A stretch of DNA of 61,449 nt, counting the filler, from Hausera hauseri (Eukaryota), in NCBI GenBank assembly GCA_046269625.1. It is 11 parts of 11 records of this genome, joined end to end, with 100 filler letters (N's around TTAATTAATTAA, not from the genome) between each part and the next. Parts side by side here need not be neighbours in the genome. Positions count along the whole stretch, not along the records: positions 7,298 to 11,952 come from JBJURY010488020.1; positions 12,053 to 17,342 come from JBJURY010289170.1; positions 17,443 to 22,470 come from JBJURY010356599.1; 8 more parts are not named here. One strand, given 5' to 3'. Below are positions 8,759-22,470 of this stretch, one piece after another. The first letter of the stretch is position 1. Each line of letters starts with the position of its first letter. The notes beneath the pieces were generated by a model that was not told the origin of the DNA, searched no databases, and worked only from the letters and a program-made list of their open reading frames with translations. Made by a program: the position numbers and the translations under genes.

Positions 8759-11700
8759 ATGTTGAATCTATACAAAGAATGCTTGACTCAAATCCACGAG
8801 TCTGAAAATTGCCACAACATTATGCAGAAATACTTCAGCCATCTATGCAACAGAGCTGAGTATTATATATGCCCTACATGTGAGGTAGTGTGCCCAACCA
8901 ATTATGAAGACTTTTACGATGTCCATAAACAACACCTGATTTCCTTCACCAAGTCGGAAAAACAATTATTTAATATCACTAAGCCAATAATGACTTCCAT
9001 ACCTAAGCAAAATCAAAGATGCAGTTGATACGTGTATTGCACATTGCCCTCAGAACTGACATAATACCATTAGAAGCTATTATGAATACAAATCCAATAG
9101 TATCCTCTATTATATTTGTCCAGGATGGAAGTCTATATGTGATGGAGAATTCATGCAGTTTTACGAAGATTATTTTGCCCATTTGACAGAATTTACGTCA
9201 AAATCAAAGAAGATCATCTTTAATGAGCAGCCTCATAATCATGCTTCGGTAGCACAGCCAGTTGTACAGCCTGCTTCAACAGCACAGCCAAGTGTTGAAG
9301 GTCCGATGCAGAACTAAAATGCATAGCAGCAGCAGATGCTCCATTAAAAAGCCAAAGACAGCTGCCATTTTATGCTACAGCATTAAAGAGAAAATTCCGC
9401 AGATATGTTATTGAGGCAACTGATCAAACAACCTTCGAACATTTCCTCTTATACACAAAGGAAGAGACAGAAGGAATTCTTCAGGATAACATAACTGAGC
9501 TCAAAACCTTTAAAGTGAATATGAAACTGGAGGCCAAATACATCAATGTTGATTGAAAAGAATCCAATAGGGCCTTCAAGTCTAAAAATATGCTCATATT
9601 GGAAAACACCAATATAGTGGAATGGCTGCAAGAGGCGCACGAGAAGCTCTTCCGTAAAACCGGGGAATACTTGGATAAGAAGAGCGGTTTGACTCTGTCA
9701 ACCATCAAGAGATTGCTTGTGTATGTGCACAAGTACTCCCCCATGCGGGACAGTTAATATATTCAGCTCCTTGAATGGATCATTAATAAAAAAGCATGCA
9801 TCAATGTCTATAATAGCAACAACATGTGTTTCATATATGCCATTCTATCAAAACTCGTAACAAATCAAAAGCATGCTTACCGTGTTTGGCTATATAAGGA
9901 TCTGCAGCACAACTATAACTTCGAATGTATTAAGTTCCCTCCATCCATAGATGAAGTCAAAAAATTTGGAAAAGTCAACAACATGTCTATTAATATCTTT
10001 GAATTGGTTGAACAGGACAAATTCTATACGCTGCAGATATCAAGAATTGGAAGATCATAGAGATCTGCTCCTACTAGACTTTGGAGAAAAGAAATATTAT
10101 GTTTGGATCAAAGACTTTGAGTGACTAATCAGATTCCAAATTAAGAAACATCATGGACAAATCGAAATATGCAAATGATGCTTGTCCCATTTCAGCGGCG
10201 ATGTAGTTGTATTGAAGCTTGCAGACCACAAGATGTTCTGCCGCAACAATTACTGTGTAAAGCACGAATTTCCCAAGGAGGACTACACGACTTTGAAGCT
10301 ATTCTCCAGCCATTTCACAGCTGCAATCCCAGTCCTCAACATAACAGCACAACGGCACACCAATACCATGAACTCTCATCATATTGTATGTATGCCAAAG
10401 GACTGGGCAGAGAATCATATATACTTAAGGGTCGAAGTGCAGCAGCTCATTTCATGAAGCGACTCGAAGACATGACTCATAGGCTTGAAGATATGTTGCA
10501 GTAGCATAAGGATAACGTGAGTATGTCGAATAATCAAGAAGAATAATGGCGTAAGACCACAGCATGTTACTTGTGCTCCAAATCATTTACTAAGGATAAT
10601 TATAAAGTCAGTGATCATTGCCATTTTACAGGCACATATCAAGGCGCCGCATGAATCAACTGAAATCTGTGTTGCAAAACATGTACATATGTGCCTGTAG
10701 TGTCTCCAGAATCTCAGTAGCTATGATTCCCATTTTATAGTCCGAGAATTAGGCAACATTGATGGTAATATAGATGTGATCCCCAACAATGAGGAAAAAT
10801 ATATCACTTTCACAAAGCATGTGGGCAAAATTCGACTTCTCTTCATAAACAGCTTTCCTTTCATGTGGTCTTCACTGGACAGTTTAGTGAAGAACCTCCC
10901 TGCAGAAGAACTCAAGTAGACGAAGTGGTTCTTCCCCACTGCATTTGACCTTGTCAAGAGGAAAGGCGTGTTTCTTAATTAATATAACTTCATGGGAAAC
11001 ACTGGATGATACCTCATTGCCGGACAAGAAAGACTTTTACAAAATCCTCTCTAATTGCGATATCAGTGATGCTGACTACCAGCATGCCCAGAACATGTGG
11101 TATGCATTCCAATGCCAAATATTAGAGGAATATAGTGATATATATCTCCAAACCGATGTGCTACTGCTGACGGATGTATTTGAGAGTTTCAGGTATGTTA
11201 CAATGAAGAGCTATGCACTGGATCTAGCTCATTTCTTTACGGCTCCAGGGATGAGTTGAACAGCTATGCTGAGATATACTGGCATTAGGCTGCAGATCAT
11301 AAAGGATTACCACATGATCCTCATGATTGAGAGAGGTATTAGAGGCGGAATATTCTACGTCATTCACCAGTATAACGAGGCCAACAACAGGTATATGGCC
11401 CAATATGATCCATCCCAGGAATACTCATATGTATCATACCTGGATGCCAACAACTTCTATGGATGGTCAATCAGCGCTCCATTGCCATATGATGACTTCA
11501 AGTGGGTCGAGCATCTTGGAAACATTCCTATACTGGACCTGGATCCCACTGAAGATACGGGATACATACTGGAGGTGGATATGGAATATCCGGCTTCTAT
11601 CCACACGAGGAATTAACTGCTGACTTTCCTCCCTCAGAGCCAGCCTCCGCCCCATAAATGCATAGAAAGGAGCTTTGCCATCTGTATAGTAGGGAGAGGT

Positions 11701-11952
11701 ATATAGTCCATTACATAAATCTCCAGCAAGCTGGCATAAATGGACTTCGCGTCACTACGATCCATAGAGCCCTGTAGTTCAGCCAGTCATATATAGATCT
11801 TAATACGAAGCTGTGGACCAATGCCAAGAAGGATGTTGAAAAGGACCAGTTCAAGCTTTACAATAACAGCGTTTTTGGCAAGACCATGGAGAATATCCGA
11901 AACAGGATCAACATCGAACTGGTTTCTGAGTTGAAGCGAGCAAAGAAGCTTA
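8759..11952 (+). pseudogene. Degraded protein-primed DNA polymerase B (Polinton/Adintovirus type) with N-terminal Cys/His repeats and an endonuclease VII-like insert
   Basis: CFIYAILS; CYLC...VSDHCHFTG; YLQTDVLLLTDVFESFR; IERGIRGG; YLDANNFYGW; GYILEVDMEYP; KLYNNSVFGKTMEN. Many stops and frameshifts. Confidence 0.9.
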
Positions 11953-12450
11953 NNNNNNNNNNNNNNNNNNNNNNNNNNNNNNNNNNNNNNNNNNNNTTAA
12001 TTAATTAANNNNNNNNNNNNNNNNNNNNNNNNNNNNNNNNNNNNNNNNNNNNTCACAGGCCCACTGTTTTGGGACCATCAACCGTTGGTCTATAACGTTT
12101 CCCACTTCCCCACAAACCATATGCGGGTTCTGGATCACTTTTTTGCCTGAACCCTTTCTTCCGCCAAGCATCCGATCGACTTCCTTCCTTCGGCATTCGA
12201 TGCGTCTTCCGTGCCCCATCATTTCTATGTGCCACACATGACCGTGCACCACTTCCTTCTAACATCCGCTTTTTTTCGTGCACTTCCCTTGCTTCCGGGG
12301 TGCACCGTGCACTGGTGCACGTGTTTTTTGGAATCTACGTCGCCGATTCTATCCGGCCATGCGGGTGTACGCATCAAGCACGCTTCGTATTGGCTGCAGG
12401 GGGGGGGCGGCGGGGGGTGATCCAGAACCCGCGTTTTTATACTACTGCCA

Positions 12451-12786
12451 TTGACACAAACGGTCAAAATCAAACCGGTGAAAAATGGTCTATTGGTGGA
12501 AAGGATCAGCGACGATAATTTGGATACAATGGAAGACACAATTTGTAAAGTTGACAGTGATTTGGTGTTGAGTAACGATATCCGAGACACATTGTCGACT
12601 TTTCTCAAAGGAAATATGGCGAAAATTGGCAGTTCACATGGAGGAGAAACAGCAACAGCAGCAGCAAAAGCAGTTTTGCCACCGAAAGGAGCTAAACGCC
12701 ATCTAACATTGAAGTTAGAAGGATACAAGGATCTTCACGGCGTTAAATCACCTATATGGAAGCTGGGAAAGTTTACTCTGATTTGA
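12451..12786 (+). CDS. Small ORF convergent with pPolB; probable gene of the Polinton-like element, function unknown
   Basis: 111-aa open frame followed by AATAAA in a short AT-rich spacer shared with the pPolB 3' end. Confidence 0.4.
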   Translation: MTQTVKIKPVKNGLLVERISDDNLDTMEDTICKVDSDLVLSNDIRDTLSTFLKGNMAKIGSSHGGETATAAAKAVLPPKGAKRHLTLKLEGYKDLHGVKSPIWKLGKFTLI

Positions 12787-13009
12787 CTTACTTTGTTTTT
12801 GATTTTAGCTTATGACGATTAATAAATTTGATTGATTTTGTTTGTTTTTCATATTGTTTCTCATCACATTAAATTAAATAGATAAATTAAGTGATAATGA
12901 AACAAAAGGCAAGAACAACGAATAATATACATTATTTATGCAAAACAAGCATCACAATGAATTGTCACAGTAATTTGATCTGTCTGCACCGAATATATGC
13001 ATGCGTGTT

Positions 13010-16000
13010 TTATTCCAAACGCCAATGTCCGTACGCCAAGCTCTTATTTCGCCCCACCCACTTACGCTTATCATCAATGCATGAAAAAGCGGCTTTTGTG
13101 TTGGTCACCGTATCTTGTGTTGAATCGACCGGATGATCGTTTGAGATAACAGCTCTTGATTGTCTTCCTTCATAGACACGGCGATAATCACCGTGATTTA
13201 TTTCCGTCTGGGCCAACTGAATTCCTTTGGCACGCATTTTAGGTCCATTGAGTTAAAAGACTAACATTTTGCCGTAGAAATACCCATTCCCGATACTGAA
13301 CCCGACCTTCTCTTTCATCCTTGAAGCAGCCGATTTTGTTTGTGATGACATTGCTATACAATGGATGATTCTGTGGGTAATTGGACGTGTCCAGTAATCC
13401 GTCTGCCTTCATTTGCTGCAGTAGTTGTTTGCGATTGACCTTTTCCAGTTTCAAGGAAAAACTATCTGTGTAACGGGCAATAATATTGATCCTGCTGTCG
13501 CCGTCGAACATTTGCCGGTAACGTGCCAAATCGCGATACTGCAGCTCATACATCCGCAACTTGCTCAGGTCCAATATCACTTGTCCGATGTAACTTCACT
13601 GTGTAAAAGCACGGCAACCATTCCATCGGCAATTTGCATTGACTGCCGAAACTGCGCCTTACTCGTGTACGTGACAAACTGCTTTTCGCTATTGTATAGG
13701 CGTATATTGAGCCGCTTTTTCATATTCTCCACTGCTTTTCCATACAGGGAATTGTTTTTCAGCTTGTAGTAGTCCTTTTCGAACTTTTCATCCAAGCTGC
13801 GGCTCGTTTCTCCGAATTTCCATCTATGTACGCCTTGAATATGGGAGCTTGAGCAAATCGGATTGCGCGATGTCGTGTGACGCGTACACCCTACTGCATG
13901 TAAAATTGCAACAGACGTCTATGAACTATGTAATTTTGCTTGGGTTCATGCGTCATAAGCAGCTTCTTCACCTTCGATCACGGTGGACATTGGCTAATTG
14001 GTGCGACCGGCAGTTCATCCAAAAAGTCATGCAGTTCACCTGGTACAACGTGTATGCTCTCGATACATTTTTCAGTATTGTGTCCAGGTCCCGTTTGTCG
14101 ACTACTCATTCGAATGAACCGAACGGCAAGGGTTGTGAAAGTGTCAAACCGTACAGGTTATCAATGTTGATATGCAACAGTGATGTGGTATCATCACTGG
14201 TTGCGTGATGGTTGTTGACAAATGTCATGCCGCCATGAATACCAATATCAAACATTCGGTGGATTTCCGAGTATTGCAACAGCTCGATATCCCGATTCAG
14301 TGACATCAGAGCTGATGCCCAAATCTTTCGCTCGAAACGCCTGAAGCACATCGGCTAACAGGAACACGTCCAGGTTAAGATAGTGGAGCATGTAATCCAA
14401 CATATTTCTACAGCCCAGTTCTGTCCAAGATTCTTGTGCTCTCCGATATTCATCTTCTGTGATGCCTGTCCATTGCAGCGGTAATTCTTCTGCTGTCCGG
14501 AGTCGCTCATATGATGTTGCAAAGTCATATGGAAATATGCCGTTGCTTTGTGCAATATGTGTGGGGAACTGCGTTGAGGTTATCGGTATATTCGGCAAGG
14601 CATTTACCAGATTCGCCAATGTTTCATTGAGAAATTTCAATGAATCAAGGAAGCATACCTGGAACCGGTTTATGCGTGTTGACAGGGACAGGTACTTATC
14701 CATTGTTGTTGGGATTATGGACAGTTCCCAGTGCTGAAATCCGTTGATGGCCCATTTCAGTATATGGTGACAATCATAACCTCGGAAATTATGAAAGATC
14801 ACCGTAGGAATGGCTGCACACGCATTGTTAAATAGCTTGCGTTGCATGCTGCCCCCAGGTATCGACCGTTGAAATGATCATTATCCGGTACGAGCCGTTC
14901 CTGTGCATCAAAAGGCAATATTTTGTGGCAGAGGTAACATTCATTGGTGACAGTGAAAAGCAGTGGTTTATATTCGTCTGTCCATATCAAGGGTTTAGTG
15001 CTATTGTTACTGTACCACGGCGCGATTTCCGTTTCCACAATTGTTTCAAACTGTTGCACGAAATCGCGTATACAGTTACAGCCATGAAAAACGTAATATT
15101 GCAGTTGTCCGGCGGCTTTGATTGGAATAACCAACATACCGACGGCGATTGGAATGTGCTTTTGGTCGTATACGTTGTGCCGCGGTAGGATTGCCTCCAT
15201 ATTGGCATATACCACACATACCGGAGTGTCTGTTTCCGACCAGTCACTGAATTTCAGCTCCTTTTTGACTGGCATGACGTACATTTTTGTCCCTAATGAA
15301 TTTTGTCTGCACACCGCCACATGTTTTTCCCATGTCGTTTTTGACCTGAAACCATACGCTTTTTGATTAATTGGTGGTGATCCATGTTCAGCAGTCTGTC
15401 CAAATTGGTTACTGCCACGTAGTGAAATTTATCTGCTTTTTCCAACAGCAACAAATTTACCTAGCGTCTATTCGGCTTTTTGTATCTCTTCGTATGCTGG
15501 TATTTCTACGATTGTGTTGTACCGGAACACGTTGATTGCCAGTGTCGGATTACGCCGTTCAAAAGCCGGAATGGTAGTCCAATTCTGAGAAATACTTACT
15601 GTACTGCTTTGGACAATTTGCATGATGTCTGGACACTTGTTCATATTTCAATATGGCCAGAATGCTGTAAATAAAGCAGTATTTGTCGTTAGTATTTTGT
15701 ACATTCTATACCGCCAGAGACTGCTTCAAGGATTCAGGTGTCGGTATGAGTGAACGTCCGGACAGGTAAATCATGTCACTCGTCTTGGTTAGAATAAAGC
15801 CGAGAGTGACAATCTTTACAATTCGCCAACCAGTGCCATTTTCGGTGTAGTTGGCGATTTATTCGTCAAGCTTCTCGCCTACATCGGCAATAAAATCCTC
15901 AAAGTATAGTACGACTCGATGTGACATGTACCATTGTTTCCTGTCACCTGCAGATTTTCAAATTCTGCAAGAGCATAATATTGCACTTTGCAGTGGTGTT

Positions 16001-16639
16001 GTTGGAATTTGGTTATCTCTGATTCCAACCGGTTACGTGCGTTAGCTGGTACATCCTTCAACTACGTTGCTGTTTTCGTCGACATGTCCACCTTCATGTC
16101 CACGTACGATCTGTTCAGGTCGTACATAACAGTAATGGGCGGTTCACGTCAAGGCTTGCTGATGATTGACGTTTCCTGCTGCTTTTGCTGCGTCCATTAA
16201 TTTCCTTTTTGGACTTCTGAAACTGGTTCAAGTGGTCCTTGTGAATGTTGTAAAATTGTTCGTAGTTTATTTCATCAATTATAGAACAACCGGGATAAAC
16301 GTAGGCCCGTTTACCGTGCACCGTTGTGGCGCCATAATACTACTCCATTACACTATGACAACCATCAACGTCATGCACTCTACTACTACTACAGTATCGC
16401 GGATATGTGGGGCAATGCACAACCATCATCTTGGACTGCTTGAAAGTACCGAGATGATGCTTGTGCATCTCATAAAAGTCGGCATACGGGCATGTGTTTT
16501 GAATAAAACACACGGGACACAGATACGTGTTCTTGGCCAATGAATAAAATTTGGCCATTTCCTTGTGGCATTGTTCACCCTCATGTATGTGTGAGACGCA
16601 ATACATGGGATATTGCGAACATTTCTGAATCATAAACAA
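13010..16639 (-). pseudogene. Second degraded protein-primed DNA polymerase B (Polinton/Adintovirus type)
   Basis: VVYANMEAIL; CYLC...DHFNGRYLGAACN; FHNFRGYDCH; FLDSLKFL; FPYDF; YLNLDVFLLADV; IDNLYG; KLKNNSLYGK; YTDSF; IGCFKDE; RAKGI. Confidence 0.92.
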
Positions 16640-16794
16640 ATTAAAGTAAATGTTAAACTAAAAAGAAAAAATGTATTAATTGTAAATAAATAAATTTAAT
16701 TACAATATACCATAACTTATTTTCTCACTGCAGTATCAGACGTCGCCTAAATTGTATATAAACGTGCATCAACATTACTACTACTCTAAATCAC

Positions 16795-17061
16795 ATGGAA
16801 GAGTATATTGAAAGTGAAATTCAGAGATTGACCGATGACATTTTGACCGAACATGTTTGATGTACAGTTTTTGAGCTCACAGAAAAGGGAATAATGAGCA
16901 GGCGAGAGTATATTAAATTAATAGTCAGATCTCTCTTCGTAAAACGTATCGCGGATGAAATGAGACGAAAACGACAACAACGACGTATTAATTTCCTCAT
17001 TGGACTTGTATTTACTGCTTCGCTTTATATTGTAATGAAAAAGTTGATTGATCATATTTAA
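16795..17061 (+). pseudogene. Small divergently oriented ORF remnant with a C-terminal hydrophobic anchor
   Basis: TATA-like TGTATATAAA near 16753, then MEEYIESEIQ...RRKRQQRRINFLIGLVFTASLYIVMKK, interrupted. Confidence 0.3.
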
Positions 17062-17489
17062 TCACAAATATATTATTTTGCTACGTTTGTTTTCGTGAAT
17101 CAATATAATTTCTTTCACGTGTCTTTTTTGTTGTTACATTTCAGTATAAATACTTGCGTTTCCTTACGGTATGACATTACGGCATGTTCCATTTAACAGA
17201 ACTCATTCGTTTATATCACTCGTTCGACGGTCTCCGGAGTCACCTATGCAATCTTGATCGACCTTTACATGATTCACGATACCGTTCTCCCTATGAGATA
17301 CTCCGGCGTGCTGAGGAGAATTGGAGGGTACGAGAACCTTATNNNNNNNNNNNNNNNNNNNNNNNNNNNNNNNNNNNNNNNNNNNNTTAATTAATTAANN
17401 NNNNNNNNNNNNNNNNNNNNNNNNNNNNNNNNNNNNNNNNNNCAATACTTTGTTTTAGGATTGACCCTTATTTTGTATTTATTTTTAGA

Positions 17490-19400
17490 ATGGTAAGTAC
17501 GAACAGCCGACCTAGGATCGACACCTTTCTACAGGAATACGGAACCGTCCTCATTCCAAAATCCAAGGGAATTTATAGAAGAATCAACGACGCCCTGCAA
17601 ACAAAGGCATATCTGGAATATAAGAAAGTAACAGAAATACCCAACGACTTAAAGGGTACGACAGAGGATAATCGTATCGTCATGTTATATGCTATGAAAG
17701 ACAATCACCAAGCCGAATCTTACGATCTGAAGGAATTAATTCATAATCAAATAAACCGAGTGGAGAACCTATTTATACACCTCGCAGATGGAGAAATTTA
17801 TTACCGAATAAAAAACCAACAATGGAACGGAAACGAAGGGCGCCAATATAGATTCAGTACATTCAAAATAAATGAACAAGGTCTAGAAACCATCAATTAC
17901 GAACTAGAGTTTAGAGTAGCAGCGTTACCTGTCAAGTTGATGTTTGAAGTGACTTATAGAGAGAATTGCAACTTAGGTTTGCCAATTCTAGAATTTGAAC
18001 AGACCCCAACAGAGGAAGAGAAAGATGAACATAAACAATCGTACAGACTAGTTCAAGATGGACAAAATGTGAGAATAATAGCGATAAACTGCGGTAGAGG
18101 AGATGATGGATATGGAATACCCATCGAGATATCTGTCAGGGAGAGAAACGGAGTGGAGATATATTCGACGATAATAAACCCTCGAAAACTAGTACAGGAA
18201 TCATATGGAGAAGTAACAGGATTAAGAAAGGACCAGTTAATAAGTGGAACAGATATCTGTCAAGTCCGCTCAGAATTAGAACACTGTTTGTATGGTTGTA
18301 TGATAGCCGGTTATTATGCCCAACATGAGATGAAGCTATTAGGGATATCCGATGCAAATATTGCAGGACTTAGGGAAATAGCTTCTCATCCAATCGTCCA
18401 GGAACGGATGGAAAGAATTATACAAGGGAGAAACCGACCAACCGCGCCCGAAGCTTTCCTCAAGCTAACTATAGATGCTATGAGTGACCACCCGAGTAAA
18501 ATACCCAGACTTTTGATGGCCAGCCAACGGTCCAAATATTTGCAAGAAATATATGTTAAACTAAAATGGGAACATGAATGGACCCCAAGAAATCCCATAT
18601 ATAATTTACGCAACTCAATAGCCCCGGAACAACTAGACGGAAGATGTAGAAAGGGCATTAAGCCTTATTCCCCGATTCGAACTATCCAGATGATGGACGA
18701 ACACAATATCCAGATTACAGTACCAAAAAAGAAGATTGAGAACGAGAGGAGACTCCAAATGACTAAAGGAAAGGAGATAGTGCAAGAAACATCAAGGTGC
18801 CTACAAGAACAGAGAAAAGAAACAGGACCAGAAGTGATAAATAAAAAGATGAGATTAGAAAAGGAACTCCAACCAAGAAAAAAATTATCTATATACAATT
18901 ACCTATTTAAAAGACGGAAGACGGATGAAGAACAAGAACTAGACGATCAACCAAGCACTTCTCAAAGTACAGAACCGTCAAGGAAAGGAATTAGGAACCC
19001 CCTAATAACAGAAATCAGTGCCCTAATAAGCAAAAGAAGCAAAGACGATGTACATTTTAAAAAAACCAAGAATTTCCTAGAATGCTGGTGTCCACCGAAT
19101 ACTACAGCAAAAAGATAATAAAGGAAGCAATGTTTTTCGTAAAACTTGCCCCAGCCAGAGAAGTATTCGCAAATACATATGTGTGGGAAAACACTAAAAT
19201 CGGAACTTACCTTACATCGATCTTTCGTTCGAAAAGAACTGGAAAAATAGTAGTTCCTGTGGACAAACAGATACGAGTGCTGCTGAAAAAACAATATCAA
19301 AGGTATAAGATAGAAGGAACTATCCCTGACTTAGACAAGGATGTGATGACAGATTGGACTTTAATCCAAGTGGATTGCGACCCACGTAAAAGCTCCATTA
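17490..19400 (+). CDS. Diverged second copy of the Gypsy accessory gene (542-aa ORF plus frameshifted continuation from 19082), truncated before the RING
   Basis: Colinear similarity to 2519->~590. Ends LDKDVMTDWTLIQVDCDPRKSSIN versus LDKKEIVEWTLVAVSDDPKKSSID. Confidence 0.78.
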
Positions 19401-22400
19401 ACCTATGTATTAATGTAATTCCATTTTGATTCTTCACTTTTCTACTGAATGAACCATATTCTATTCGCAACAAACGGTTTGTAGTACTTTTAATATTGTT
19501 CAATCCAAAAGGGGACATTCTTGCTCTCACTCCAGTATGTTATTCTTATATTTGTTACATGCAGAATTTTCGCTACCTTCATGCACAGTTTCACTCCTAT
19601 GCACGCGGCCATTAACTCCAATCTAGGGATTCATATAGGTTTTATTGGGGCAACTTTTGATATTGTTGCGATTATATTCGTTCGTATTTTGTTCTTACTT
19701 ATACATATGAGATAAGCTACCGCCCCATATGCTATACTGGATGCATCACAGAATATGTGAATTTCCTTATCATCAGTCCCGTTCATTCCCATTCATCTTT
19801 CTATTTTTATTTCGTTTATTTCAGCTAATTGATCCAATCATGTCATCGTACGTTTTTCAACCCTTCGGGAATCTCATGATCCCAGCCAAATCCGTTTAAC
19901 CACATTTCTTGTAGCAGGCATTTGCCCACTATTGTGATAGTGCTCAATAGACCCAAGGGGCCGAATATTTTTGCTAAAGAACTTAAAATATTTCTTTTGG
20001 TTAATCTATTATCGTGGTCTCCCCCGCCGTCGAAGGTTAATCGATCTTCTTTTACATTTCATTTAAGTCCTAGAGTTTTTGAGACACAGCTGACTTCACT
20101 TTTGAAGGTGTATTCTCTTGTCTTCTCGCCTTCTGGGATTTTATAACATAACTGCTCTGAATTTGATAGCCATTTATGGGTCTTCATTTTTGATGTGCCC
20201 CAAACTTCTTTTAATTGGTGGTATAACTCAACGGTTTCACATTCTGTTTCAACGGAGTCTATACAATGGTGCATATACGTGGATTGTTTAATCGTTTCAA
20301 CCGCTCATGGATATGGGTTTTCAAATGTATCTGCGTTAACGTGGCTCACGAGCTGTGCCAGGAATGGTAAAGCATTCAATCCAAACATTACTCTTGTGAA
20401 TTGATATGCCTCGACATTACCATCCTTTCTCCATAGGAATGGTACGAATTTTCTGTCACCTGGAGAGATCCTAATCTGTAAGAACATTTTAACAATATCG
20501 CAGATCAATACAATTTTATATCTTCTCATACGTATTAAAATATCTACTAGATCTTGCTGTAGCTTCGGCCCTGGATATGATAAGTCATTTAAGCTTTTTC
20601 CTTTCACTTTTGCGGCTTCGTCGAAGTCTACTCTAACTTTAGTGGTAGATCTATCCGGTTTTAAAACAGGGATATGCGGCAGTATCCAATAATTCATCTC
20701 GATTTCCATCTTCTCTACTAATTCCACATATCCTTTTTTGATATGATCTTCGATGACTTGCTTTGGATATTGGTATCTCTTCCATTTCGTCTCTTCACGG
20801 CAGATAAACCTCATACCTTCCATCTTCAGTCTTCTTTATTTTATCTTTTGTAATCTGAAGAATTTCTTTATCCAATTTCGACCAAGTCTCTTTTACTTCA
20901 ACCGAATTTCATTTTCCCATAATCTTTTCATATTATCGTTCATTTCATCTACTCTGGTCCAATATGTTCGCACTAAGTTATTTCGCATTAAATTACCTTT
21001 CCGTTTATTCAAAGTTCCGACACGTCCAACCAAGGGGTGTCAATCTAGATAATAGTATTCCTGGCTTCCCGGAGACTTCTTTTGTGGATTTATGAAGGTG
21101 TATATAAATGGCACCTATAATTCCATCTGCATGCTCATCTTCTCCCGCTCCTACGAATTTAATATCTCGTAGGTGTGTCCATTGTCTCTTTTCTATCGTC
21201 CAACTGACGTAATTCATGTTCCCTGTTGGCTTTCTCATGGATAGTGCATTGAATCGTTCACAAATGCTATTATCCAAACCCTCCAAGATCTTGTGAACTC
21301 TGATCATATTTTGTTTTTGTTGCATACCTCCAACTACTGCCACTGTAACGTTTTCTTCTTCCCCACTAAGTTTTAATTGTCGTGCAATGTCTTCTTCAAG
21401 AAAACTATCAGTACTAGCGTCATACAACAGCATATTTACTTTAATTTTTTTGATTCCGTTAAGTAAGTATACCGATACGGTCGTCAAGGCTATTCCATCT
21501 AATACTTCAGATTTTTCTTCCTCCATCTTTCTCTTGTAAATTTGTCTTTCTGAATAATCACATTCATTTGTTTGGCAAGAAATGTCGTTCAATCGTGATT
21601 TTGTTCTGTCGGTATCTACGGAGGTTTTGGGGTTTTTGTCTTTATCTAAATTTCCATCAAGAATTTTTGAATAATTGACTTCTCGTTTTAAAGTTTTTGG
21701 AGAATCTCCATGCTTGAACCAACAATTCCCACCGTATCTGCAATTTCCTATTTGAAAGTATGGACAAGGTTTTTGATTTATATTTTTATAACTACTCTGA
21801 TCTCTCTTTTCATGTTGATACGTACATTAGTCTTTGAATTGGAATTTACCAGTTAGGAAATATATGCAAGGTCTCCGTTGGATCTCTTTATTTTTCCAAC
21901 AATTATTACTTCTTTCTATTCTTTTTCCTTTATTACGGAACCCAATTTTGTCTGTTGACTTATTCCTTTCCTTCTTTTTATCGGTATAAAAGGAATTTTT
22001 CACTAATCTTTCGGAATGTATATTTTTGTTTGGCATTAAAACATTTATTCCATGAACTCCTGCAGCAAGACGTTTTAACTCTGCTTCTTTTTCTACCCAC
22101 GCTTTCAAGTCTTGTACGTTTCGTTTTTATCCTTATCTTCGCGATATCGCTCCCATGTTAAGACCATAATTTCGGGTAACTTTTGGATTAGATTTTGTTA
22201 CAATAGACCGCCTTCCAACTCTATTTCAGGGTCTAAATGTTTCAATCTTACTATGGCTGAGTCCAATAACGTGGCGAAGGAGTCTAACTCTTTAATGTTA
22301 TGTACGCCTATTTTTTGGAACTCCATAATCTCTGACATGAGAGAGGCGTAATTTCTCTGGTTCCCTGCATAATATCTTTCCAATTTTTCAACAACTGCTT

Positions 22401-22470
22401 TGTAGGAATCTTCTGAGAGATTATAGTTTTGAACTAAGCGTTTTGCTTCTCCATACAAACAATTTTCTAG
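19400..22470 (-). mobile_element. Degraded BEL/Pao retrotransposon (Gag, protease, RT, RNase H)
   Basis: GEAKRLVQNYNLSEDSYKAVVEKLERYY (BEL Gag); STTKVRVDFD...SLND...GPKLQQDL; DIVKMFLQI; HIFCDASSIAYGAVAYL. Confidence 0.92.
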
